A DNA stretch of 64,000 nucleotides from Phoronis australis (lineage: Eukaryota; Animalia; Phoronida). Position 1 is the first letter of the stretch. Every line of letters starts with the position of its first letter. Positions 26,653-39,421 of this stretch are shown one piece after another. The notes below the pieces were generated by a model, which did no database searches, was not told the origin of the DNA, and saw nothing but the letters and a program-made list of their open reading frames with translations. The translations under genes and the position numbers were made by a program. The stretch is from contig NMRA01000297.1 in NCBI GenBank assembly GCA_002633005.1, forward strand, positions 462,993-526,992, written 5' to 3'.

Positions 26653-27518
26653 TATTACATGGCGAAGTCGTTATCCCATGTATTATTGATCCCGAGTAGA
26701 TTTTGGAGAATTATCGACCGAGGGGTTTCAGCCCCTCGGGCGATGAATCTCCAAAATCCACGAGGTTTCTAGATAAGGCGGATAACGACTGAGAACATGT
26801 AATAATCTATTTATACCAAATACTGAACGAGAAACATTGCAATGAATCGATCTACCTTTCTCTACTCGCCTCGGCTTTGTAACTACTTTCTATGTCAGAG
26901 GGCCGGGGTCGGAGGTCGTGACCTTTTAAGAAAAGCCGAGTTATTTTTGTCAAATAATGCTTTTACTCAAAACCAATTGAAATTTAAACAAAATACAAAT
27001 AAAGTGAGTCTATAAATTAAGGTTTAGGAACTATTATAGCTTACTACACATTTTATCACGCTCAGCTTCCATCGGGAAAATATCGTCTGCTAAAGTAGGT
27101 TACCGCTGGTAACTGAGTATAATGCTCAAGTCAGAGGATCCCGACGACACGATACCGAATTCAAATTGGAGATCGATGATTTACAAGTGAGAGAAAATGA
27201 GAGAAAATTTCACTGGATTAAAATATCGTTTTTATGGAAATTATGCGTCTTATTTTTTCATAGCGTATAAATGTCGGTACAATGCTCTTTGTTGAACATG
27301 CGATTGTTGCGCGCGCTCATTTAAGTGTTCTATTTTCACGTTTGATGACTTCAGCTGCTGAGTTGTGCAGTGGTGAAGTCTACGACTCGAAACTCTTGCA
27401 GATCGGGTTCGAAATCTGCCTCGGTTTCCCGCCAAAATGTTATCTAACGCCGTTTAATAACTAAATGGGTTATTAAACGGTTGTATTGGCCATTCGAGGC
27501 TGATACTGTGGTAAAATA
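26653..27518. mobile_element. Non-autonomous element with a large terminal hairpin (possibly Crypton-type); truncated second copy at 52357-52543
   Basis: ttacatg..gtcgttatcc..ttttggaga..ccgagggg/cccctcgg..tctccaaaa..ggataacgac..catgtaa hairpin; left ttatacca pairs with right tggtaaaa; right boundary and class uncertain. Confidence 0.55.
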
Positions 27519-27763
27519 GAGACTATTGCAACAAAGATACGACATCTACTTGGATGATACTGGAGATTACTGCAACAAAGATACGATATCCACTTCGATG
27601 ATACTAGAGACTATTGCAACAATTCAAAGGTACATGTTGCAACATCCACTTGGATGATACTAGAGACTACTGTAACAAAGATACGACATCTACTGGGATG
27701 ATACTAAAGACTATTGAAACAAAGATACGACATCCACTTAAATGGTACTAGAGATTATTACAA
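27517..27763. repeat. Minisatellite, 44-bp unit (agagactattgcaacaaagatacgacatctacttggatgatact), about 5.5 copies
   Basis: Head-to-tail copies without unique spacers. Confidence 0.88.
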
Positions 27764-28192
27764 CTACGCTTCTTTCAAACACGTGGACGTTTTCATTCTG
27801 TTCAGGAAGATGATGCTTTCTTAAAAATTCCAGAAGGACCATATGATGACGGTGACTATGAGAGTATAAAAGTATGAAAATGAATTACTTTAAGTAGATT
27901 AGATTCAGACAGCCAGAAAACTAAATCAAGAGGTAGCACATACAATAAAGTTAGTTCAGAAATGCATTGACGGTTACCAGCTGCCACCATATCTACTCAT
28001 GTGTAAAATGAACACTCTTCGATTAGCAATTTGCGTCCCCCAACAGTGTTTCAAATTGTTGATCGTTTTCGCTAAACAAACTTGTCAAATCCTAAAACAG
28101 GCTATATCATGTGTTTTTAATTCCATAGATTCCGTTAGAAACTGGAACTTGAACTAACTAGATGTTGTGATAACATCAATAATATGTTTCAG

Positions 28193-28324
28193 GTAACACC
28201 TGCACCGTACATGACTGTGTAGAGCACGACTGCCGAAACAACGCTACGTGTGTAGGCCACGAACAGGGTTATAACTGTTCTTGCGGGGATGGTTTCGTTG
28301 GTTCTTTGTGCGATCTAAAAATTG
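28193..28324 (+). CDS. Exon: last Cys of previous EGF plus a complete EGF (paralogue of 23386-23517)
   Basis: tgtttcag|..ATTG|gtaaga; GNTCTVHDCVEHDCRNNATCVGHEQGYNCSCGDGFVGSLCDLKI; missed by the ORF track. Confidence 0.92.
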
Positions 28325-30232
28325 GTAAGACGCGTTGGTCAGTTGCTTCTCGATGATATGTTTGTAAAATACTCATTAACTCGTTCACTCCAGTTATCGG
28401 AAACAAGTTCTAGAAATTTTCTGAGTGTTGTTTAGACAGTTATGCAACAATTGGGACAGACTGCGTTCTGTAATAGACTCTTGCACTTGTATGCACCTGC
28501 ATAACGTGCCTGCATAAAACTGTTGCTCTCATCTCTTCTCCAGAGTCCATAGCTGTAGCTCCTAAACACGTGGCAAAGTATATGTGGAATTTAAATTTGA
28601 CAACGAATGACGACGACTTTTGGACCGATTCAAAAATAATTGTGTCCTCTAGAAGGAAATCCATTTGTTTACGTTTTGGCTATGTATTTCGATGAAATTG
28701 CCAAATAGATTTCTCTAAGACAACAACTTCTAATCCATTTTTGGACGGATTTGATGATTTTATATATGTGTTGGAAACACAAAGCAGTGTATAATAAACA
28801 AAGGACTCTTACACACCACGCGTTTGCATTTTGAGACCTGACAACAGAATTGAAACAATTACTCAACAAAACAAAAGAGCCAAACTGGACCATTTATTAC
28901 TAATTTTTTCATATGCACAATTTCTGAAACAGAGACACTTTTCCATTTGAATAAAGTTAAGTGACTCCTTGAAAATTGTGATTGAGGGAGTATTTCTGGG
29001 TTTCTGGTGGTAGATGTGCTATTTTCACAGACAAATGCCTGAATTAACGGTATTTGAATTGTGCAGTTTGCCAAAGACAGCGTCTACAATCAGATCTCTG
29101 TATAATTTGAAAAAAGAACCAGAATATATACAGTGTAACACATCTGTACTGGGATTGTATTGTGACAAAATATTTCAACGTGATCTTTACTTTAAGGGAC
29201 AGATACATGTATAAACCTCTCTCCACCATTTGGGCGCATCAGTAACGTTGACATGCAATTCCCACTTCAGTTCACAGATTGTTTTTTGTAAAGACATTCA
29301 ATTACGTGGGAATAATCATCTTTGTTTGCAAAACATTCCAACGCTTCCTGAAAGCTTGTAAGTCTTATCTTGCGCCAATTTCTTTTCATATAGTATGACT
29401 GTGAGAGCTGCCGAGTCAGTCATTGTTCTACCTCGGTTGTGTTAAGTTCCGTCGTCGTTTGCTTTCATTTACAAGTCAGTCAACATGCAACACTGTTGCT
29501 GCGTACCAGGATGTACTAATTATCGGCTCACGCGCGCTTTGGGAGTATGTTTGCATCGCTTTCCGATGGATGACACACTTTGCCGCAAAAGGTACCCGCT
29601 CGTCCAAAACCTTTACGGCAAACAGATGGCGCTGGATGCAATGATGCTTTACTAACAGGCAGCGCTGCTTACAGTCATGTGACATTCTTGTGTGAACTGA
29701 ATCTTGTGTTGATAGAACATAAAATACAGACGTGTCTACTTGGTGAACCATCATCTGCCGTGTCGTGCCACGGCCAGTCCGGTCTGCTGGGCTCAGTGTT
29801 GTTGGCTAACGAGACACTGAAAGAAAAAGAAAATATCGCAGAGAATAAAACCTAACATGTACATCACCATGTATAATTCAACCATAAATTAAAAAATATA
29901 GTGGTTATATTTCAACCTAATTAAAATTATGGTTGTGAAGTTGCTAAAANGTTTTCTTCAGTGCTTAAAATCATGACCAGAGAATGAGATAACGCGCCAA
30001 GAGAAGTGTGTTTATTCTGTCTGTTTAAAAAAAATAGCATATTTTAAGCTCACAAAATCCTCTGTTTTGTGGAAGGAGACAGTTGAGGCCAGGTTTACAA
30101 TGGTAAATTGTCTCAATCAATAGTTACCTTTGACAGAAGATGAGATGATAACAACTTTAAACGTGCATTGCACGATTTCGATTGAAATTTCACATGGCTC
30201 GCGCTATTTCTACACATACTCATTGTTCTCAG

Positions 30233-30448
30233 CATGCAATCCAGTATCCATCACGAGTCCACAGAACGGAAAGGCCGCGTGTTCCTCTCAAAATGAAAGA
30301 AGTACTTGTACTATTTCGTGCAACTCTGGTTACGGATTCAGTTCTCCCGTTCCCGAAGGCGGAATTTACGAGTGTGGACCAGACACTGGCTGGATTTGGA
30401 CCCAGCAGACCACAAGTGGCAGTTTTGACATGCCACCATGCACGGAAG
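30233..30448 (+). CDS. Exon: Sushi/CCP domain
   Basis: gttctcag|..GAAG|gtaact; CNPVSITSPQNGKAAC...CTISCNSGYGF...YECGPDTGWIW...PPCTE. Confidence 0.9.
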
Positions 30449-30683
30449 GTAACTTAGAAGAGATAGTTAGTAGCAGTCTAATACATCTTGCATCATTGTA
30501 CAAATCTAATTATTCTCAAGACAACAGCAGCTGACAGTTCGTATCAGTAGACAGCAAACTTGGAATATTGCATCTCTGTCAAGTGGCACGACATGACAGA
30601 ATAGTTACAATGCCTTTCATGGAGTACCATGCCTAGGATTGTTGTCGTTTAAAGCGAAACACAGACCTGCGGTCCCTGTTATA

Positions 30684-32006
30684 CAGTACAGCCACTGAAT
30701 TTTTAGGCTTCGTCCGGTCTACCTCACGCCTGGACAGACCAGAACGCAACCGGAACACAGGCGTGACAGAAATCAGTCACGGTCGCCTCACACCTACTCT
30801 CCGGGTAGTCCTCATGCTTACCTCCGGTTTAGTTATTGCCTTCCTCACGCCTCGTTCACGCTTTCTTCGCGCTTCCGTCACGCTTACCTCACGCTTTCTT
30901 CACGCCTTTGGTAGCTGTGGTAACCATGGTAGGGCTAATCAGTAAAAATACACGTAACGTCTTGATTGCCTGTCGTTTCGGTCAAGTTGCAAAGACATTA
31001 TAGTATATTATAGAGTATCTTTGCAAGCGGTCATCTATCACACTTGGGTTCCAACTAACTCTATAATTCCACGTGTTGTTCATACAAACGTCTTCCTTCA
31101 GCTCGTCTTGTGTTACACTTACATGTACATTTTCAATTTACGACTTAAGAGCCAGTCCCATCAAAGACAAACACAGTCATCTTTACATGGTTGTGGACTC
31201 CTTGAAACTTGTCACAGGTGGATATAGTTAATTCGCCCTAGAAATAGCCTACGCATCTTGTGAAGTATTGTGTCACTCCGTAAATTTTTGCACCGCACGG
31301 GCGTACAGAAAATTTCAATAGTTCGCCCTTCTGACATACCCATCCCTTACTGCAAGCAAATGTTTTGACTTAAGAGTCCTGAATCCGTAGTGCAGTTCAA
31401 TTATTTGTAACCCCCTCCCCATAGTACATGCGTTTCGACTGAGTACAAAGTATCCCCGGGGTACCTCGTCAAATGCATGGGAGTGATCATTTTTCTCCGC
31501 ATGTTGCCGGAACTTGTGATCAATGTGCTCAGAATTGACATGCTATGCTCCTTCATATCGTGAAGGCAATTGAATAATTCCGCCGCGTACACGCGTGTTA
31601 AGATTCTTTATTAGTTTATACAAAAAACAAATAATTATATTATATAAGTGAAAAGTAAAGTCCACAGGTCTGTTTTCTGAAAAGACTTAAGATTTGAGAG
31701 GGAAGTTTTGGTCTTTTACTGCACGTGACGATTTCAAAAAAAATTAAACCTCACATTAGCAAAAGTCTATGAGAATACACACATCACTGCTAGTTACTGA
31801 TGCAATTTTAATAAATTACTTTATCATCTGCAACGCTGGTAAACTCACGCCTAACTCACGGTAAGCTCCGGGTACAGTCACGCTTAGGCTCACGCCAGCT
31901 GTCACGGTTGATTCACGCCTCACTCTCCGGTCTGTCTCCGGTTACGGTCACGGGTGGCTAGACCGGAGAAACCCGGAGAGAGTCTAATAATTCAGTGGCT
32001 GTACTG
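30684..32006. mobile_element. Non-autonomous TA-flanked DNA transposon (Tc1/mariner-type ends)
   Basis: TA|cagtacagccactgaatttttag ... ctaataattcagtggctgtactg|TA (22/23 TIR match); subterminal tcacg/ccgg repeats. Confidence 0.8.
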
Positions 32007-32546
32007 TAACAAGAGTTGTCTTACTTGACTCATATGGTGGCCCGGGCGACAATGTATGCAGAGTGCAGTGCTACATGCCGTCAACATTGTCACATATTGT
32101 CGCCCAGGCTACATTTTGAGTGGAACAATATAAGTCATAATTCTTCCCACCGACTTTTCGCCACTGCTTTCGTAGGCCCATAGTCAGGGAGGCTCAGATC
32201 AAACCCCCGCGGAAAAGGCCCAGCCCCAGCATATCCGTCACGCATAGGATATAGGGAAACAACAGTATCAAAAATATTGTTGTAGTTGCTACTGGCACTA
32301 CTAACTACAATGATAATGAAGTTGCTAATAATTTCAAATTTCGTTCCGAATCAAAGCGCTTTACGTAATCACTTGGGTCATACCTGGCCAACTTCACCAA
32401 GTGGCCACGTATTTGCGTACTAGGTGACAGGTTCATGCATACGACAGTTAAAGGACGCTTTATGTTAATAACAGTCATAAGCCACCGACTATCACCTTGA
32501 ACCCGCGTGGTGACTGTACCATAGGGTAACACGAGCCAAGAATTAA

Positions 32547-33690
32547 AAGAGAAGGCCACCCGATTTAATTAGTCTTTTTTATCGTCTTAATCGGTCTATA
32601 TCCACATCGCCTCTTACACGGTCGACCTCACCTTGCCGAGAGGTGTTGCGTTAACCTGTGAGGGACGTGAGAAACGACGCAGCGACGTCAGTCTGCAGAG
32701 TGAATGCCGCAATATTGCGATGCATCGTTCCCGCTTGTCCGTACTATGAAGCTGGGAAGAAAGCAGGTATATCGTTTTTTCGACTTCCTCGAGAGCCCGA
32801 AATGCTTACGAAGTGGCTCGCTGTTAATAGCAAGTATGAGGCCGTGAAACATCTCCGTGTCTGTGGCCGGCATTTCGTCGATAGTGATTTCTCTGACGAA
32901 TTCCAGCTTACCAAAGATCTACCAATACGTTCCGTTGCCTGTGCATGTTCAAGGCGCCTCTCTAGTATTTCTTGCTCATTGTATTCCGGTTCGAACTGAT
33001 AGGCTGTGAAACCTAACGATCCGACCCGTGAAGTCTTCGTCGTATGAGCTCTTGACTAAGCCGGGATTGGCGCCGGACGAGTTGCCATGTAGACGTTTAT
33101 TATTCTGCGTTCTGTTTCAAAATGAATTATTCTCATCCTAACCAATGCTAATACAAAACTAAAACAAAGTCTTTCTCACTAGAAACAATCTGTAATGCCT
33201 TTGCACTCAGTATTCGTGAGTGCCAATGTTGAGAAGCCAGCAGTGAATAAACCACTGCGTTACCGGCTTTTGATGCCGGCAATAAAGGTAATTGACCGGC
33301 CACCGAGGCCGTGTGAGCGCATGCTAATTCAGTGTTTGCTGACAGAAAGCGGTTGTGAAACATTTACTCGATTTTATATGCTATGGTCACATTTTAGGGG
33401 AATCTTTATTTAGAAATACAAATACATTATTCAAATCATTGTTACTGTACAACCTTTGCCCAGACCGTCTGTGGAAGGGGAACCCGACTTCGCGGCCCCC
33501 GACAACTTAAGTAAGTAGATTTTCAGTTTCGTGGCTACTTCACATAAATAATTACGTGCACAATACTTAGTTTCCAACTCAAGCTGGTTTATTTTCGTGC
33601 AAGTCCCGGCGGCTGCGACGGGCCAGATCGGGTCCGAACAACTGACCGGGAATGCGAGTCAGTCTGGCCGCGACGGGCCTGACCGGGCGT
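32547..33690 (+). mobile_element. Kolobok-like THAP element copy 3 (3'-truncated)
   Basis: TTAA|aagagaaggccacccga; colinear with copy 1; THAP ORF 32658-32999 (RCIVPACPYY..LRVCGRHF). Confidence 0.82.
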
Positions 33691-33836
33691 GCGTTCAGTA
33701 GATGATAGGACCTACGCTAAGACCTAGCTAAAACCTAGTCAAAGTCACGTGTTCTCATTTAAAATGCACGGCAATATCTCACGTAATCTCGCGAAGTCTT
33801 GATTTTTAGCGAGGTCCTAGCGTTACTGAAGGGGCC
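33691..33836. mobile_element. Small MITE at the truncation point of copy 3
   Basis: ttcagta..taggacct ... aggtccta..tactgaa imperfect inverted termini. Confidence 0.45.
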
Positions 33837-35025
33837 GGGGGTGGTTTTCGCCTGCAGTTCAAATTCATTTCCCTTCGATCACTGCGATTCTACGCGGGCT
33901 TACGGCATGGCTACGCCTTATTTTCAACGTGGGTGCGTCACTGAGTCATGAAGTGTCCAGCCTGTGTAGTATGCACGGGAATGGCAAGCAAACTATTTGG
34001 TTTTGAAGAACCAAAATTCATTGCACAATACTACTGGAAACTACAAGCATCAAGGAAGTGCAAAGACAACCTTTCCAAATTTACGAGCAATGACTTAAAC
34101 TTCTTTTTTGATCTACGTACGATTTGTAATTTTTTAAAATTCACTAATCTGGTTTTTAATTCAATAAATCATTTACATCTTCTGAATTGCGAGAACATGT
34201 TGTGACACTTTGCAGAGCTGCCCGACATTCATGAATATCACTGTTATCGTTTAGTGTACTTTGCGATATGGTGATCTGATTATAGATCGAATTTTCCCAG
34301 CCTTCAACTAAGTTCAGTGACGCATCGCCAATTCTTACAAGATCGCTTCTGTGCTGTGCACGAATGTTTTGTGTTCTTTATGAATTTGGAATCTCAACTT
34401 CCCCTCGTGAGTAGTTGGCAGTGCCATGTCGGAGGTGTACTAGAGGGACAATATGACAATTCTCCCGAACCGCCCCACCGAGAGAGGATCCCGTCTAAAG
34501 TGGGATGAAAGACTAAAAAAATCATTAAGCTTGGGAAATAGTGGCAGTTCATTTTTTTACACGTCGTGTGATCCTGCAAGAAGTGACCTTCCTCAACATG
34601 ACAGCCGGTTGTGCGATTTCACAAAAAACAGGAAAAATAGAGGTAATCAATTCCAACATTAGGCCCTCTCTCCGTGAGCGGCTCCTTAATAATTTGTCAA
34701 TAAAACACGAAAAACTTGGTCACTTAAATGTCATCAATGGCCCCCTTCAAGGACTTCGCCCCTAAATATGAAGAGATCTATACCTTCAGAAAACAGGAAA
34801 TGCGCAGCTATTAACGTTATATGTAAGGTCATCAATTTTTCAGATGATCTAACGAAGAAAAGAGAGCTACAGTTGTGTCCGTTATCCCTTGCCAAAGAGC
34901 GAGAGATCTCTGGAAAACTTTCGCCTTTCAAATTTTCTCGAATTTTCGAAATACATGTACGAATGATTAAGTGCACGTTTTCAAGTGCGTTTAGACGACC
35001 TATGCTGCAAAAACGGAGACCCTAA

Positions 35026-37559
35026 CAGGGATCGACACTATCAAAATCGCCAGGTCGCATTTTGCAACCTAACCAAAATCCCGGGTCACATTTTCAAAAT
35101 CCAGCTCGCATTTATAAATGCCAGGTCGCAAAATTTTTACGTTTCAAAATTGATTTTTTAGATCATCGTTAAAATGTTTAGAGGTTGCTCTTACCTGCAG
35201 CGTTAACTACTCACAAATTTCCGATCGCAAAATTCACTTCGTTCATGCAGGTAAGGCGTTACTGTTCTTCACGACCACCATACAAAGGCTCTAGAGCGCA
35301 AGGCAAGTTGCCGACGTGAAAGTTGAATCAGTGCCCTCTAACTAGCACGTGCATTCGAGAAGCAATTTTTGCGATGTGAAAGGGAGAAAATGCCCGTTGA
35401 AAAAATATTCGCGATTTTGCCAAGTCTAACTATTACTGGCTGTCGTCAAATTCCTTAAAAATCCAAACTAACTTGGAGTGCAAATCCCCTCCACTTTTTG
35501 TTCGCAGCCCAAATTTTGCAACTTAACTCGACGTTGAAAAAAAATCCGAGAAACGATGCGCTAACCGAATGACGTATTTGGATGCGCGGAAACAACTCAG
35601 TATCAAATTTCACAACAAAAATGTAGTACTTATGCTGTTTACGTACTCAACAATTAGTTTTCCATGAAATGAATCGCCTCAAAATAATTCCCGACTCCGT
35701 GATGGTTTCCATCGGGTAATTCGAGTTTGCTCCTCAATACCTTCCACGTACGGGAGAAATATGTTAGTCATAAAACGACACGCATTTCACTAGTGTTAAC
35801 TTTCATTCGTAGGTATGGAGCAAAGCCGGCATTTGATTTTTACATATTGAGAAAAGACGTTTTTTGGAAAGTGAATTTGTTATGTAAAATGAGAGTGATA
35901 TACGTGTAGGATGTGTGTCAACTTTAAACCACGCGCGGTCTTTAGTAATTATAGTGCGCTATGATAGGTGCTAGCCTGAACTGTGGGCGGTTAATTGGAA
36001 ATTCTCAAAAGTTGAGGGGGAACGCTTAGTAAATCAGTGAGCGCTTATAATGAAAAAGGTAGGGAGTATAGGCTTGTGCGCGAGCATAGTCGTTAACCTG
36101 AGTATTTGAGGTATTAAGATATTAAAAGACTACAATGGTAAAAACGTTATATTAAAATAATTTTGCGAGGCAAACTCCATCTAGTAGGGAAGACTTTCTG
36201 GATATCGTTTCCGCCTACACTGTACCCTTTTTAGCGACCCGGAATAATTTTGTTTTTTAATTGCCCGCTTCAGTAGGAACAAGACTGTTTCTATTTCAGT
36301 CTGAACATTTTACGGCGACGGTGGTCCGGGGAGCGAAAATTTGCCGGGGGGTGTATAAAGAGAAGAATACAAAGTTCGCTAACCCCAATTTTGCATCTAG
36401 CACATGTTTAGTTGCATTAGCTGGCTACGGGCGTAGAATATAGAGCTTAGGGAACGTCGACCTCGGGAAACATCGGAACAGGAAAATATCAGTTCTGGGT
36501 TACTATATCGGTCCCGGGGAATATCGTAAAGCATCGGGTCTTTTATAACCGCCGGGAATTTTTTAGTTCCTTTTCAAATAAACCACTGGCACACGGGTGA
36601 TTAACAGAGCAAAGCCGGTATACTCTTTCATTTAGGACTGTCGCTGTTCTCTTTTACTATGCAGCTTTGAAGTGGTGCGCACGCGTGAGTTCATACACTT
36701 GAATCGCTGAAGTAGGCCTACATAATACGTTGGCAACAACGTGTGAAAGACAAATCTTATTTCGCGCACGTAGCCTCAGAAACAAGTAAAGGGTTTGAGA
36801 ATTTCTTGGCAACTGAAAGTAAAGACGTGGCCGTCGTTTGGCGGTTAATAGGGTTATCATTTTCAATTTGGCTGTCTTGTGCCATAAAAATGAGACGTAC
36901 ATCTCTGATTACATTTGATTTATGCCAGAACAGAAGCACGAACTTTAAAATTAGCACACATCTCTATGTCAGGACTGTCTGCCGGCATAGAGTTATGCCC
37001 TAACCACGGGACCGACCAGTGCGGTTGCATTACGATATCGGGGATATTGTCGTGGATATTTGGTACATGCAAAAAGGACATTTTACGCGAAAAATAAACA
37101 TATTTGTCCACCACAAAGTTTGGTAAGTTGATCGCCTAAGAATTAGTAGAAACACCGATGTTTTGGGACGTTTTATCACATGTTATGCAGTGGCCCGAAA
37201 CTTTCTTTGGCGAATCTGGAAATTTGCAGAAGTGGCCGAAAGTGTTACCCAATGAAACGCGCCAAAGACCGATTCTGCATATCCCATGTTCACGCGACTT
37301 GCTTACGAGTCATCGGAAAGGCTGTTCTCGGTTAGCGTTCTTTTGAACTTGGAGTTGGCAACAACCAAATAACGGTCCGATTGACAAGAGCTCCTTTATA
37401 TTTGCCAGGTTTCTGCCGAGAAGTGTAAAAACTCAGCTCGCATTCGTTGGGAATTCCAGGTCGCATTTTGCGACTTGATACAAGCTGACAAAAATCTCAG
37501 CTCGCATTTCCAAATTTCAGGTCGCAAATGCGTACTGCATCTCTTTATGTCGAGCCCTG
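35026..37559. mobile_element. 2.5-kb non-autonomous hAT-like element with 5-bp TSD
   Basis: CCTAA|cagggatcgaca ... tgtcgagccctg|CCTAA; subterminal caggtcgcatttt repeats at both ends. Confidence 0.85.
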
Positions 37560-37580
37560 CCTAACAACAATTGTCCTGGC

Positions 37581-37782
37581 CAGGGCCCTCAAAGGGTAAA
37601 CCATACACTGATACTGTGTTGTCAAATGTTCTTTTGAATTTTTTCTTTAGTCAGTATTCGCAGTCTTTCTTTTTTTGTCTTTCTCCAGCCCCACACCTTT
37701 GTCGGTTGCCACGGTTTGACCCAGAGGCCTGCCAATTTTGCCAGGGTGGCACACGCCCCGCCTCCCTCATATTACGGCCCTG
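37581..37782. mobile_element. MITE cagggcc..ggccctg; related fragment at about 50900-50979
   Basis: Inverted termini; shared tgtcggttgccacggttt and tacggccctg; no clean TSD. Confidence 0.55.
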
Positions 37783-38529
37783 ATGCGAGGAGACCATCGG
37801 TAGTTACTCCTCCTGATCTGACGTAATAAAAATCTTTGGTTCACGAAGAAAGGTCGCTATTGTAAATTATTGTCAGTGGTGCACAACCTCGCAGACTTCA
37901 CACCAGCAACAAACTTGGTGGAAGAGATTTCCAAGATTACATATCACTGCTCCTAAGATTCGTTATGCGAAACCATGTTCACAACTCCGACAGTTTACAA
38001 CTCTGAATGTGTGCTCATGAGGCAGAACTGACATTGAATGTGTTTTTGTCCAGTTAGTAACCATTAAAGGCTGTGTACAAATGAATAGTTCTTAAATTAT
38101 TGATTGCATTGTTTGCAAAGGAGTTCACTTTCAATCATGCACAATCGCCACAAAGCCATATTTCCCGCTCGACAAAAAAGAAAATAGCGGGATGCTGCAT
38201 GGGTTTTTGCGGCACCCGCAATTTCTCATTTAACTATGAAAACAATATCAACAACAAAAAAACGCTGTCGAGCATTTTGAAACCAGTCAGTTATGCGAAA
38301 TGATAATTACTTATGAGTTAAGTTATTTATCTTTTGCTTCTGGTATCATAATTAAAAGCTTTCTCATCAGTGATATGGCTCTTATGCAATGTGGTTTGAA
38401 AAAACATGTAGTCGCAAAGAGTTTTAATGTCAGTAAATTCCATAGCATGTACCTGTACAAGCACCGAAACAAAAGAATGCAAACAATATATGCGGGAAGA
38501 CCTCTGTGGCCGAGAGATCGAAGTTGACA

Positions 38530-39068
38530 TTCTAGGGCTACTCACTAGCGGCGTTAGTCTATGAAGAGAACAAGCCGGTATCATTTAATTTTCTTCGGGA
38601 ATTTTTTACACCGGCGTTTCTGATTGGCTGTTCGAATCCTCAACAGCTGACGCTTTACGTAAACAAAGTGGCATGACTTATGGAGGAAGTGTAAATGTGG
38701 ATATAGTTTGTGGTCTGTTGTACAGACCAATCGGTGCTTAATTTACATCCAAGAAATGTGAATCTGACTTTTGTTTACGTGGCTGTCCTGTATTCACACA
38801 GCATGAATAACACATCGGTTAAATCTGCCAGATGTGTGTGCATTGTATGTGCTTCAATCACGCTGCTATTAAACATTATCGCAGAAACGAAATATTTTAT
38901 GTAACGCCACTTGCGTGATACGGCTAAATCGTTCATAGTCCGCCATTTTCTTTGTTGAAAAGCTAACCAATGACTGCCGAGGTTACATCAACCAATGATA
39001 AAACGCTTGCTACTGAATGATACCTGCGTGCTCTCTACCCCTTGCGGACACGCAGGGAACCAGCGAGT
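38530..39068 (-). repeat. Inverted homologue of the repeat at 12940-13320
   Basis: aaagctaaccaatgactgccgaggttacatca etc. are reverse complements. Confidence 0.8.
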
Positions 39069-39175
39069 CCAGGACTACAGTTCTATGGTTAAACCTACAA
39101 TAAATGTTGTTCCGCGAAGTACACTGTTTTTGGGACTAATAGTGTGTTAATCCCAGATTATATTTGTGTTTCTAG

Positions 39176-39421
39176 TTGAAAAAAAGCAAGAAACTGTAGC
39201 GACGATTGTTTTCGAAGAGTTGCCATGCTCTCAGGAAAGCCTACACGCCATAGGTCTACAGGCCAGATTTTTTGCAAGGGGGATGCGTGGGCCGCAGAAG
39301 ACAACAACTGCCCAATGTAGCGTGACGGAATACTCACGTAACAAGAATCCCTTCACGAGATTCAAGAGGGAAACCACGGGACACGTTCAGATTGTAACAG
39401 CAATGTCATATGACACCTCAG
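39176..39421 (+). CDS. Exon: second SEA-like linker with furin-type site RFKR
   Basis: gtttctag|..TCAG|gtaaga; VEKKQETVATIVFEELPC...CSVTEYSRNKNPFTRFKRETTGHVQIVTAMSY. Confidence 0.82.

Noticed and set aside
27517-27763. CRISPR-like array (also the 19-bp and 38-bp arrays)
   Set aside because: Head-to-tail units without unique spacers, intronic animal context, no cas genes
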